This document shows, piece after piece, positions 8,913 through 16,446 of a stretch of DNA of 64,000 nt. Source of the stretch: Candidatus Bathyarchaeota archaeon (lineage in GTDB: Archaea > Thermoproteota > CALKCG01 > B24); assembly GCA_018396755.1 (NCBI GenBank), contig JAGTQM010000002.1, positions 91,609 through 155,608 on the forward strand. The letters run 5' to 3'. The position numbers and the translations under genes were made by a program. Below the pieces are notes generated by a model, which saw only the letters and a list, made by a program, of their open reading frames with translations, had not been told where the DNA came from and ran no database searches. Each line of letters starts with the position of its first letter. Within the stretch, counting starts at the first letter, position 1.

Positions 8913-9021
8913 GGTAGGTGTCAGGTTATGTTATATCCCATACGACTAACACCAAGCGTCATAGAGAAGGCGTCTACACCTTACTCAGCTGGCTCTCTCC
9001 GTATGGGACCTGACACCTACC
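8913..9021. repeat. 109-nt interrupted inverted repeat (long hairpin; MITE-like or structured RNA)
   Basis: GGTAGGTGTCAGG (8913-8925) and TCCCATACG (8936-8944) pair perfectly with CGTATGGGA (9000-9008) and CCTGACACCTACC (9009-9021), giving 22 bp. The only interruption is a 10-nt bulge in the left arm. Confidence 0.6.
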
Positions 9022-9110
9022 ATATAAATAAAACCCCTAGCCTTGTATTAAGGATTTTTCCTCAACCCTAAGATTGACGTAGAGTCTAGGCAAGTAGTTT
9101 TATGGGGATT

Positions 9111-9238
9111 AGGGGTGTGGAGTACAGCCCTTTGGGCCTGTCCCATGTTTGGGTTAACCCAAATCCTCATAGTAAGCCGGACGGCTTCTCAGAAGGGTCC
9201 GTCAGCATGGGCCCGTTTAGGGTTTCCGTCCAACCCCT
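9111..9238 (+). ncRNA. Candidate structured RNA of unknown class (GC-rich nested helices)
   Basis: Nested pairings: AGGGGT 9111-9116 with ACCCCT 9233-9238; hairpin GTTTGGG/CCCAAAT 9147-9164; GGACGG 9179-9184 with CCGTCC 9226-9231, enclosing hairpin GGGTCC/GGGCCC 9195-9214. Two G-U pairs form only on the + strand. Locally GC-rich in AT-rich DNA. Class not recognised. Confidence 0.35.
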
Positions 9239-10916
9239 TAAGTCTCATAATAAATTCTAAGTTTATTTCAAAACCAACTGAAGGGTTTTCAAGACCGAAG
9301 TTTTCAAGAACCTCTGGATGTATTTCACCTAAGAATCCTAAATTTTCACCAGTCGTTGTCTCTATGAACCCTATTCGCCCATCTATGAAACTTGGATGTT
9401 CTCCAGGATTTATGTGGAAATCTATGTCTAGAATTTTAAGTAGAGCATCTACAACCGCTCTAATTTCAGCATAGTCTGCTTCTGAATGCGTCGAAACAGC
9501 TGCGAGCTTCCTAACATTTCTGGCTCCAGTTTCAGAATTTTCATCTAAAATTACAACGTCGTCTACTTCGAATATTCTCTGAGGGTACTCTCTGTGTCTA
9601 TTTCTAGATAGTGTCTTCATAAGACATGGCATAAGCCAACTCCTGCAGACCGTATACTCAATTGTCTTCGGGTTTTCCAGCTCTACGACTGGCTCTGGTT
9701 TAATTCTCATAGCTATGAATAGATCGTGTGGATTCGTTAAGACATCTGTTATAACCTCTTGAAAGCCCAGTCCTACCATGACAAGTCTAACCTTCGAAGA
9801 AAACCTCTCTAAATAGCTTTCACCACCACTTGTGAAAACTTTAGGTATTTCTGGTTTTATACGGTCATATCCATATGCTATAGCGATATCTTCTACCAGG
9901 TCTATCGGATGCATAATATCAACCCTGTAGGCGGGTACTTTTACTAAAACATTTTCTCCAGAGCATCCGACAGCATCATACCTCATTCGATACAGGAACT
10001 CTAAAACTTCCTCCATAGTTAGTTTTTCACCGAGGATTTTATTAACGAAGTCTAGTGAAAGTTTAACCTCTTGAATCCTTAAATCAGGGGATTCAAAAAC
10101 CATTCCAAATGGTGTTTCAAACGGGTAGAAAACCTTAACTTTGTATATTTCACCCCCCCTTTCAGCTAGTGAAGTTGTTATTATGTTTAACACAGAGCTT
10201 ACAGTTTTCCAATCCAAACCAGTACAATCTATGAAGATGTTTCTCGTTTTCACATCTACTTTAGTATAGTCAGAGTTTATTATAGGAGGCATTGAAAGCA
10301 CCAATCCCTCAGAATCCTCAATAATGGGGTATTTACCGAAGCCAGCCAGTATGTGTCCATATTCCACACCTTTAGGATGGCATTCTAGGATTCCCTTGAT
10401 CGTAATCTCTCTATCATAGTCTAAAGGTTTAAACTTGAAGTCTGAGGTTTTAACCGTATATTTAACTGGAGGCTTAAACTTATCTAAGTCGTGAACTCCA
10501 ATAGAGGCTTTTCTACGGTTTCTACAGTATGAAACATGAAGCTTCTCTTGAAGTTGAATAATGCTTTTTAAAACTTCCTCATCCATCGGTATATTTTTAA
10601 CGACAGTAAATATCGAGCACGGTCGCACTTCACACACATCCCTATCAACATAAACGTCGTAAAAACTGGATTTAACAACGTACTGAGGCATACCTTTCTC
10701 AAGCCCAATGAAACCTTTATATGCTCTTGCAAGTCCTTCAGGACTCAACATATCTGGCCTATTGGGGAAAACCTCCACTTCAAATCCTTCATAATCATCT
10801 CGCTCCCAGCTTAAACCAATCATAGGAAGCTCACTTCTTAAACGACTTATCGGAAGAGCTAAACCGACGAGCTTCTCAAAATCCCTTAAGCTTACTCTTA
10901 TAACAGGCATTCCCAC
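9189..10916 (-). CDS. pheT: Phenylalanyl-tRNA synthetase beta subunit
   Basis: 575 aa with the archaeal PheRS-beta layout (B3/4 and B5 domains, class-II-like C-terminal domain). Begins directly after the pheS stop. The last ~15 codons (GLDGNPKRAHADGPF) read into the GC-rich element and may not be a conserved part of the protein. Confidence 0.9.
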   Translation of the reverse strand: MGMPVIRVSLRDFEKLVGLALPISRLRSELPMIGLSWERDDYEGFEVEVFPNRPDMLSPEGLARAYKGFIGLEKGMPQYVVKSSFYDVYVDRDVCEVRPCSIFTVVKNIPMDEEVLKSIIQLQEKLHVSYCRNRRKASIGVHDLDKFKPPVKYTVKTSDFKFKPLDYDREITIKGILECHPKGVEYGHILAGFGKYPIIEDSEGLVLSMPPIINSDYTKVDVKTRNIFIDCTGLDWKTVSSVLNIITTSLAERGGEIYKVKVFYPFETPFGMVFESPDLRIQEVKLSLDFVNKILGEKLTMEEVLEFLYRMRYDAVGCSGENVLVKVPAYRVDIMHPIDLVEDIAIAYGYDRIKPEIPKVFTSGGESYLERFSSKVRLVMVGLGFQEVITDVLTNPHDLFIAMRIKPEPVVELENPKTIEYTVCRSWLMPCLMKTLSRNRHREYPQRIFEVDDVVILDENSETGARNVRKLAAVSTHSEADYAEIRAVVDALLKILDIDFHINPGEHPSFIDGRIGFIETTTGENLGFLGEIHPEVLENFGLENPSVGFEINLEFIMRLKGLDGNPKRAHADGPF

Positions 10917-12422
10917 TCACCTGATCCAAACTGGAGCACTTCTGAGGAGGTCGATGTCATTCATAGTAAGTTCTCTCATATCCTTAAGATTGTAATTTAA
11001 CATTATCATCCTACCCGGACCTAAACCCCACGCTAAAACTGGTATTTCTCTCCCAAGAAGAGGTTTAACAACTTCCGGTCTGAATATTCCAGCTCCAGCA
11101 AGTTCAACCCACTTATCCATAGTTGGACAGTAAACTTCAACCTCAAGCGAAGGCTCAGTATAAGGAAAATAGGCGGGTCTAAACCTAGCATCTGGAAAAC
11201 CAAGCCTCTTAAAGAATTCTTTAAGATAACCTACGAGATTCTTCATGTTGGCATTTTCATCAACAACTATTCCTTCGGTTTGATAGAATTCACAGAGATG
11301 GGTACGATCAGGTTTTTCATTCCTGAAGACTTTACTTACAGCGAAAAACTTGACGGGTAACTCTACATCCCTTAATATTGCCAATGTTCTAGCAGATAGA
11401 CATGTTGTATGCGTTCTTAAGAGGGTTTTCCTAGATTCTTCAAGATCCCAGTGGTATCCCCAGCCTATAGAGCCTATTGACCATCCAGATTCATGGACAT
11501 TTCTAACCTTTTCAACTAAGTCTTGGTTTGGAAGTCTACCGAATTTGGGAGTTTTAACATAGAATGTATCTTGTAAGTCTCTAGCCGGATGATCCTGAGG
11601 CACGTATAAAGCATCATAATTCCAGAAGCATGTCTCAAGTATTGGTCCTTCCATTTCAATAAAGCCCATTTCAACCCATACCTGCCTAATATAGTCCAAC
11701 ACTTCCCTTACGAAGCTTAGTCTACCAATTGGTATCCTATAACTTGGAAGTGCAACATCGTACTTCTTAAAAACGACATTTCTCCATCTACCTGAAATTA
11801 TAAGCTCTCTAGTTAATCTAGAGACTTCCTCTAGTATTTCAATTTCTCCTCTTAAAGCCTCTTCCCCAAGTCTACTTAAAGAAATAAATCTTGTGGAAGA
11901 CTTTTCGATTTTAATGAGCCTTCTCTCTTTTAAAACATCAACTGCTTCTCTCAACTCAGAGGGGAGGCTACTCATATAAACTCTACCCTCAGATGCTATA
12001 AGCTCTATGAGCCTCTCATCAGTGTCCTTGGTAGCTTCACCTGAAACTTCTACCTTCCCAGCTTTTACAGTACCCCAGGCCTTCTTTCTAAGCCAAGCTA
12101 AACCAATTGATTTCTCCCAATCTTCAAGATTTACGAGTTCAGATATACTCAGGATACGTTTAGCTTTAGCCTGATCCGCTATACGTCTCTCAGGTAGTCC
12201 AAGTTTTGCATATCTTAACCCTTCATCCGTAAGCGTTATAATGCTGTCCTCTTCGGTTTTTAAACTCAGAAGACCTTTTAAGCTTATATTTAAAGCTAAA
12301 GCGGCAACTTTGTCTGAAGTAAGCTTCATTTCAGATGCGATTCTATCTACCGATGCAATTCCACCAGACTTCTCAAGAATTTTGAGAAGTCTCACTTCAT
12401 CTTCAGAAAGTTTAAACTTCAA
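10917..12422 (-). CDS. pheS: Phenylalanyl-tRNA synthetase alpha subunit
   Basis: Class II motifs (HPARD, FRNE.D.TH..EFYQ.EG, GAGIFRPEV..GWGLG.GR). Start placed at TTG 12422, 7 nt after GGAGGTG and 4 nt after the trpS stop, giving MKFKLSEDEVRLL. The track's 12485 start would overlap trpS by 59 nt. Confidence 0.9.
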   Translation of the reverse strand: MKFKLSEDEVRLLKILEKSGGIASVDRIASEMKLTSDKVAALALNISLKGLLSLKTEEDSIITLTDEGLRYAKLGLPERRIADQAKAKRILSISELVNLEDWEKSIGLAWLRKKAWGTVKAGKVEVSGEATKDTDERLIELIASEGRVYMSSLPSELREAVDVLKERRLIKIEKSSTRFISLSRLGEEALRGEIEILEEVSRLTRELIISGRWRNVVFKKYDVALPSYRIPIGRLSFVREVLDYIRQVWVEMGFIEMEGPILETCFWNYDALYVPQDHPARDLQDTFYVKTPKFGRLPNQDLVEKVRNVHESGWSIGSIGWGYHWDLEESRKTLLRTHTTCLSARTLAILRDVELPVKFFAVSKVFRNEKPDRTHLCEFYQTEGIVVDENANMKNLVGYLKEFFKRLGFPDARFRPAYFPYTEPSLEVEVYCPTMDKWVELAGAGIFRPEVVKPLLGREIPVLAWGLGPGRMIMLNYNLKDMRELTMNDIDLLRSAPVWIR

Positions 12423-12426
12423 AAGT

Positions 12427-13515
12427 CTACACCTCCCCATAAACAATCCTCTTCGCAATTTCAACAGCTGTCTTGAGTTTTTCATGGTGATTTTCTAGGA
12501 ATTCTTTAACAAACTCTGCTGTTAGCAATTTACACTCACCACATATTATCCTTCCAGCGATACAATCTTCATACAGCTCTCTAAGCTTGACGTTAAATGG
12601 ATAGTTAAATTTTAGAAATTCGTAAATCTTGCAAATGTTTGGGTTTCCACCAAGTTTCTTCTGCTCCGCAACTGTAGGCTGTCCTCCAGTAAAAGCATTC
12701 ATGATTTTTCCAGCAGCGACTTTAGGTGGATCACCTAAGAATACACAGGTTTCTGGATCGCTTTTAGACATCTTCTTGCCAGCTTTAAGCCCCGATAAGT
12801 GGACTATTATGAGAGCCGAGGGGGGTTCAAAGTCATAGGGTAGACGTGTTGCCAAATCTCTAACGGCTCTTAGATGTGGGTCTTGTTCAGCTGCGATCAC
12901 TGTGATTGATGGCATTTTCCCTTCATACTCTGGAAGCTGAGGATGCAGAATATCAGCATACTGAAGTAAGTTTGCTGCTATTTTACCGAGGTCTAGATGC
13001 CCATATATGGCTCTAAACGTACTTTCAGTTATCTTTTTTGAAACTTCAAATGCAAATTCATAGTATCGTCTCTCTTTCCTACTTTGAACGTAGACATCTT
13101 TCTCGTCCAAACCCAACGCTAATGCATGCGATAGGTTTTCAACGGCGTATTTCTTAGCTACTTCTAGAGATGGAATCCTACTATCAGGTCTGCTCACATA
13201 AGCATCTATGTCGCATATGGCGAAGTAGTTTCTCCCACCACTATCCTTGAAAAACTTGAAAATGTCTATGATTACTTTATGACCGAAGTGCAGTTCACCT
13301 GAAGTAGCTATACCAGTCATATTTATAAACGGTCTTCTAGATATAATATGGTCGTAGACTTTTTCAAAGTCCCGGTGTCCAATAACTATGTTTCTTTCGA
13401 AGCTCAAATGCTTAAGATTTGATCTAATCTCTTCGGAAATTCTTTTTAAACCGAATTCTACAAATAGTTTTTCATAGTCTTCTATGATTTCTGAACCCCA
13501 CGGATCTATGCTCAA
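12427..13515 (-). CDS. trpS: Tryptophanyl-tRNA synthetase
   Basis: 362 aa. HIGH-type GELHFGH, KMSKSDPE, and the TrpRS-typical GGQPTVAEQKKLGGNPNICKIYEFLKF block. Confidence 0.85.
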   Translation of the reverse strand: MSIDPWGSEIIEDYEKLFVEFGLKRISEEIRSNLKHLSFERNIVIGHRDFEKVYDHIISRRPFINMTGIATSGELHFGHKVIIDIFKFFKDSGGRNYFAICDIDAYVSRPDSRIPSLEVAKKYAVENLSHALALGLDEKDVYVQSRKERRYYEFAFEVSKKITESTFRAIYGHLDLGKIAANLLQYADILHPQLPEYEGKMPSITVIAAEQDPHLRAVRDLATRLPYDFEPPSALIIVHLSGLKAGKKMSKSDPETCVFLGDPPKVAAGKIMNAFTGGQPTVAEQKKLGGNPNICKIYEFLKFNYPFNVKLRELYEDCIAGRIICGECKLLTAEFVKEFLENHHEKLKTAVEIAKRIVYGEV

Positions 13516-13755
13516 GGAGACCCTGACCTCTTTAAGGCTAAAACTTTACGTGAACAATCGGATTATTTAAATGTGCTACTACTCTAAGTATTTAACTTTC
13601 CATCTAGAAAAAGCTTTATGCATCGTCACTTAAATGTTCTGAAATCACATTGTATTGGGTTCCAACTTTAAATTCGCATTTAACTAACCGGAAACTTGAG
13701 AAGACTCAATAGAAACCTTAAGATTTCAATATACGTATTTTTTAGAGGTGGTCTT

Positions 13756-14556
13756 GTGAAGGTATACATTTTAACAGATTTAGAAGGTATCAGTTATGTT
13801 GTTCGAGAAGAACAGACAAGTCCTAGTAGTAGAGAATATGAAGAGGCTTGTCTACTGCTGACGAGAGAGGTTAACGCAGCGGTAGAAGGAGCGTTAGAAG
13901 GAGGGGCGACGGAGATCCTTGTAAATGATTTACATGGAGCACGCGGTGGCTTCAATCTTATACCTGAAGAACTACACGAGCATGCCAGGTATGTTACAGG
14001 AGGACCGAGGACTTGTAGAATGGCGGGGATAGATGAGTCTTTCAACCTAGCATTTATGATAGGTTATCACGCTATGGCTGGAACGCAGAGAGCTGTTTTA
14101 GACCATACGATGTCAACTAGAGTTATAGTCGATGCGTATATAAACGATCGGAGAGTTGGAGAAATAGGAATAGATGCTTCTATACTTGGATATTTCAATG
14201 TACCTATAGTCTTAGTTACTGGTTGTAGAATGGCTGTAGAAGAAGCTAAGTCGCTGTTGGGCAATATTGAGAGCGTGGTTGTTAAAGAGGGATTGAGTAG
14301 AAATTTTGCGATATGTTTACCTCCTGTGAAAAGTAGAAAGCTTATTAGGGAAGCTGCTAAAAGAGCTACCCAGAAGGTGGGGGAATTTAAGCCCTTTAAG
14401 GTAAACCCACCCATTACCGTAAGAGTGAAATATTCTCATCCAAACTACGCAGATGTGCAAGCTAGAATTCCGAGAGTAGAACGGGAAGATCCTAGAACTA
14501 TAGTAGTACGAGGAGAAGACTTATTGGATGTCATGCGTATACTTGGATGGTACTAA
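13756..14556 (+). CDS. M55-family (DppA-like) D-aminopeptidase
   Basis: GTG start 6 nt after AGAGGTGG gives VKVYILTDLEGISYV, the typical M55 N-terminus. Also carries the HAMAG motif. Confidence 0.75.
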   Translation: MKVYILTDLEGISYVVREEQTSPSSREYEEACLLLTREVNAAVEGALEGGATEILVNDLHGARGGFNLIPEELHEHARYVTGGPRTCRMAGIDESFNLAFMIGYHAMAGTQRAVLDHTMSTRVIVDAYINDRRVGEIGIDASILGYFNVPIVLVTGCRMAVEEAKSLLGNIESVVVKEGLSRNFAICLPPVKSRKLIREAAKRATQKVGEFKPFKVNPPITVRVKYSHPNYADVQARIPRVEREDPRTIVVRGEDLLDVMRILGWY

Positions 14557-14725
14557 GACTGAGCTACGATCCAAAGAGTCCTGAGTTAAATAGAAATGCG
14601 CGATGAATTACTCAATATTATTTCAAACCTTTACGTGAGGTCATGCTGGAATGCTGAAGTCTTGAACTGAACGTGTTAAAAGGATTTAAAGTTGAAGTAA
14701 ATAAGTAGACATTAGAGGGATTACC

Positions 14726-15649
14726 TTGCCTTCACTTAGAGGAAGAGATATGATATCGATAACGGATTTTACGCAGGAGGAAATAGAGTACATACTCGAT
14801 AAGACTGATGAAATTCGAAAGCTTTCAATCGAAAGAAGTGATCTTCTTAAAGGAAAAGTAATGGCTATACTCTTCTTCGAACCTAGTACGAGAACTCGAA
14901 TAAGCTTTGAAACAGCAATGAAGAGGCTTGGTGGGGAGACTGTAGATATGTCTGAGCCGAAGAGAGCTTCCATAGAGAAAGGAGAGAACTTAACAGACAC
15001 TGTGAGGGTTATAGATAATTATGTGGATGTTATAGTCATTAGACATCCATTAGAGGGATCTGCTAGACTCGCTGCAGAAATAGCAGAAAATCCTGTTATA
15101 AACGGAGGCTCGGGGGCTGAAGAGCACCCAACACAAGCACTATTAGATCTCTACACTATTAGGAGAGAGAAGGAAAGGATAAATGGATTAACCATAGCGT
15201 TTGTAGGAGACTTAAAATACAGTAGAACTGTACATTCATTAAGTGTAGCTCTAGCAAACTATAACGTTAAATTATATTTCATTTCACCGCCGATTCTTAA
15301 AATGCGTAGAGAAATCCTAGAATATGTTTCGAATAAAGTATCAGTTGAAGAGGTAAACGATTTAAACGATGTAGTAGAAGAAGTAGATGTACTCTACGTT
15401 ACGAGAATCCAGAAGGAGAGATTTAGCGATATTTCTGATTATATGAAGGTTAAAGGCAGTTACAAGATAACATTAGACCATGTTAAGAAAATGAGAGAAG
15501 ACGCTATAATAATGCATCCCCTACCTAGGGTAGATGAAATAGACTATGCAGTAGATCAGACACCTCAGGCTAAGTATTTTAAACAGGTGTATTATGGGCT
15601 TCTGGTTCGGATGAGCCTACTGGCTTTAATATTGGGGGCTGTGGAATAA
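14726..15649 (+). CDS. pyrB: Aspartate carbamoyltransferase catalytic subunit
   Basis: FFEPSTRTR carbamoyl-phosphate motif, HPTQ and HPLPR motifs; 307 aa. Confidence 0.9.
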   Translation: MPSLRGRDMISITDFTQEEIEYILDKTDEIRKLSIERSDLLKGKVMAILFFEPSTRTRISFETAMKRLGGETVDMSEPKRASIEKGENLTDTVRVIDNYVDVIVIRHPLEGSARLAAEIAENPVINGGSGAEEHPTQALLDLYTIRREKERINGLTIAFVGDLKYSRTVHSLSVALANYNVKLYFISPPILKMRREILEYVSNKVSVEEVNDLNDVVEEVDVLYVTRIQKERFSDISDYMKVKGSYKITLDHVKKMREDAIIMHPLPRVDEIDYAVDQTPQAKYFKQVYYGLLVRMSLLALILGAVE

Positions 15650-15918
15650 TGGCTAATGTAAACTTGGATCCTACTGTTCTCATAAACTTCCTGTACGTTG
15701 TATACAATCTTTTAAAAGATGGATGTACACATCTCTTTAAAATTATCTTGGGGGAAACGTTCTCAGCATATGGAGACATTCTGACATTGTTAACGGTTCT
15801 AACGGCTATATACATACTGTTAGAATTGTCAAATGCGTTTAGAAAAATCCTTGGAATTATAATTGCATTGGCCTGGGCGATTTTCATAACATCATTTTTA
15901 CTGGAAAAGTTTCTTTAG
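15649..15918 (+). CDS. Small hypothetical membrane protein, start overlapping the pyrB stop (ATAATGG)
   Basis: 89 aa with 2-3 hydrophobic helices and no Zn-binding Cys pairs, so not PyrI. The overlap suggests translational coupling. Confidence 0.35.
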   Translation: MANVNLDPTVLINFLYVVYNLLKDGCTHLFKIILGETFSAYGDILTLLTVLTAIYILLELSNAFRKILGIIIALAWAIFITSFLLEKFL

Positions 15919-15927
15919 AAATTATTT

Positions 15928-16446
15928 TTAAATTATTTTCATAAGTTCTTCCTTACTCTTCTTGTCTAGTTTTTCATAATTGTCTATAAGATATAAATTT
16001 TCATCGGAATCAAATATCACTACAGTATTACCAAGCCTAAATACATTTCTCCTACTCCGTACATTGAAAAATCGATCGCCCTTATTTGTTTTAACATTAC
16101 ATACAAAGAATTCTCCCGTATATATTATTTCATTGATCTTCATTATAATAGGTATGAAATATTTTTTGTTTATAACGTATTCTAAGTATTTAAAGGAATC
16201 TTTATCAAGCATACGAATGTCAGATATAATGCATATATCCTCTCCAGAAGACTTTGACTTAAAAATTACATAGTTTGGATTTGATAAAGGAAACGGTTTA
16301 ACGGGATCTACATCTCTATAAGCCACCCCATCGATGTAAATGGCTAATATATCATTAGAATAATCGTAGCTGATTTTCACCCTACTAGGATCGACAACCT
16401 TGAGAAATGCTCTTACATAAGACTCTACACTAGTCATAAATGTCAC
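15928..16446 (-). CDS. DUF1854-like protein
   Basis: 172 aa. The PVKPFPLSNPNYVIFKS...EDICIISDIRMLDKDS...KKYFIPII.KINEI pattern matches my recollection of the DUF1854 family that accompanies ABC exporters. GTG start overlaps the ABC gene stop (GTGA). Confidence 0.5.
   Translation of the reverse strand: MTFMTSVESYVRAFLKVVDPSRVKISYDYSNDILAIYIDGVAYRDVDPVKPFPLSNPNYVIFKSKSSGEDICIISDIRMLDKDSFKYLEYVINKKYFIPIIMKINEIIYTGEFFVCNVKTNKGDRFFNVRSRRNVFRLGNTVVIFDSDENLYLIDNYEKLDKKSKEELMKII

Noticed and set aside
8913-9021. H/ACA guide RNA interpretation of the long hairpin
   Set aside because: The internal loop is one-sided (a 10-nt bulge, not a two-sided pseudouridylation pocket). No ACA/ANA box lies at the expected distance 3' of the stem on either strand.
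8895-9240. RNase P RNA as the identity of the structured pheT-tyrS spacer
   Set aside because: A CGGCTTAC string (- strand, ~9170-9178) resembles conserved region V, and AGAAGGGTCCG (+ strand) vaguely resembles region I. However, they lie on opposite strands and in the wrong order and spacing, and no GGAAAGUCC-type P4 partner exists. The element is therefore reported only as an unknown structured RNA.
9115-9474. 119-aa + strand ORF, plus similar long antisense ORFs (e.g. 14067..14414, 31267..31668, 32206..32562, 36224..36751, 49508..49939, 52446..52835)
   Set aside because: Each lies fully inside, and antisense to, a well-supported gene with strong family motifs. Their compositions are Ser/Pro/Leu-rich shadow-ORF-like.
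12423-12485. 21-codon N-terminal extension of pheS given by the ORF track (overlapping trpS by 59 nt)
   Set aside because: GGAGGTG followed by TTG at 12422 gives a canonical N-terminus (MKFKLSEDEV) without overlap. The extension (MKNSRQLLKLRRGLFMGRCRL) looks non-native.
14596-14662. Possible box C/D sRNA (GCGATGAA ... CTGA)
   Set aside because: There are no internal C'/D' boxes, no terminal stem, and the C box is imperfect. A 24-aa ORF in the same place is equally unconvincing.
15649-15918. PyrI (ATCase regulatory chain) downstream of pyrB
   Set aside because: It is 89 aa, hydrophobic, and has no CxxC Zn-binding pairs. It is not PyrI.
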